Notes under the pieces: model-generated
Told to the model about the DNA's origin: nothing
The model's database searches: none
The model's input: the letters and a program-made list of their open reading frames with translations, nothing else
Assembly: GCF_006345805.1 (NCBI RefSeq)
Contig: NC_043007.1
Location: 20,894,001 to 20,958,000 of the forward strand
Direction of reading: 5' to 3'
Length of the DNA stretch: 64,000 nt
From: Octopus sinensis
Lineage: Eukaryota
Shown here: in pieces, positions 63,701 to 64,000 of the stretch
Position numbering within the stretch: position 1 is the stretch's first letter
How the letters are laid out: the number at the start of each line of letters is the position of its first letter
Program-made: the position numbers and the translations under genes

Positions 63701-64000
63701 ATTCACAATGTTTTGAATTAATCATGCAACATCTTGTAGCTTCAAGATTTCAAAGGCTTGTTTGTGTATTTTTAGAACATTGTAGGGTAGGTGCGAGAAG
63801 TTGGATCTTGTCATCTTTAACATAAAACAGGTAGAATATTTGGGCAGGATATGGCCAGATTAAATGATAAAGGATTAAGGATTTGCATGTCTGAGGAGGG
63901 CTAAGTCACTTGCATGAAAATTCCATGAACAGACTGTTCCATTGATCGGATCAACCAGAACTCTTGTCGTTGTAACTGACGGATTGCTAATAGGACTTTT

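Overview
AT-rich, repeat-dense animal genomic DNA. The tRNA/CORE SINEs, (GAT)n-tailed retroposons and abundant microsatellites point to an octopod cephalopod, probably Octopus (inference). One protein-coding gene is supported: FBXL5, the iron/oxygen-sensing F-box/LRR protein, on the + strand and 5'-partial. Its seven coding exons (3733-3868, 5803-6051, 8154-8281, 10448-10564, 14141-14223, 15387-15920, 47216-47444) splice GT-AG in matching phases into 1476 nt (491 aa plus stop). The last coding exon carries all four [2Fe-2S] cysteines and lies beyond a 31.3-kb intron. The rest of the window is SINEs, MITEs (piggyBac-, pogo- and mariner-like), non-autonomous Helitrons, a deleted Tc1, CR1 remnants and simple repeats. 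Most other ORFs in the track are repeat artefacts. Best leads: (1) an apparently intact type I hammerhead ribozyme (17747-17808) on the FBXL5 sense strand in the giant intron, with decayed or variant Penelope-type hammerhead motifs nearby and downstream; (2) a ~4.7-kb, ~71-copy 66-bp satellite and a separate 24-bp VNTR, both grown from the internal repeat of one retroposon family; (3) several fold-back and template-switch structures. No database searches or folding programs were run; all calls are by eye.
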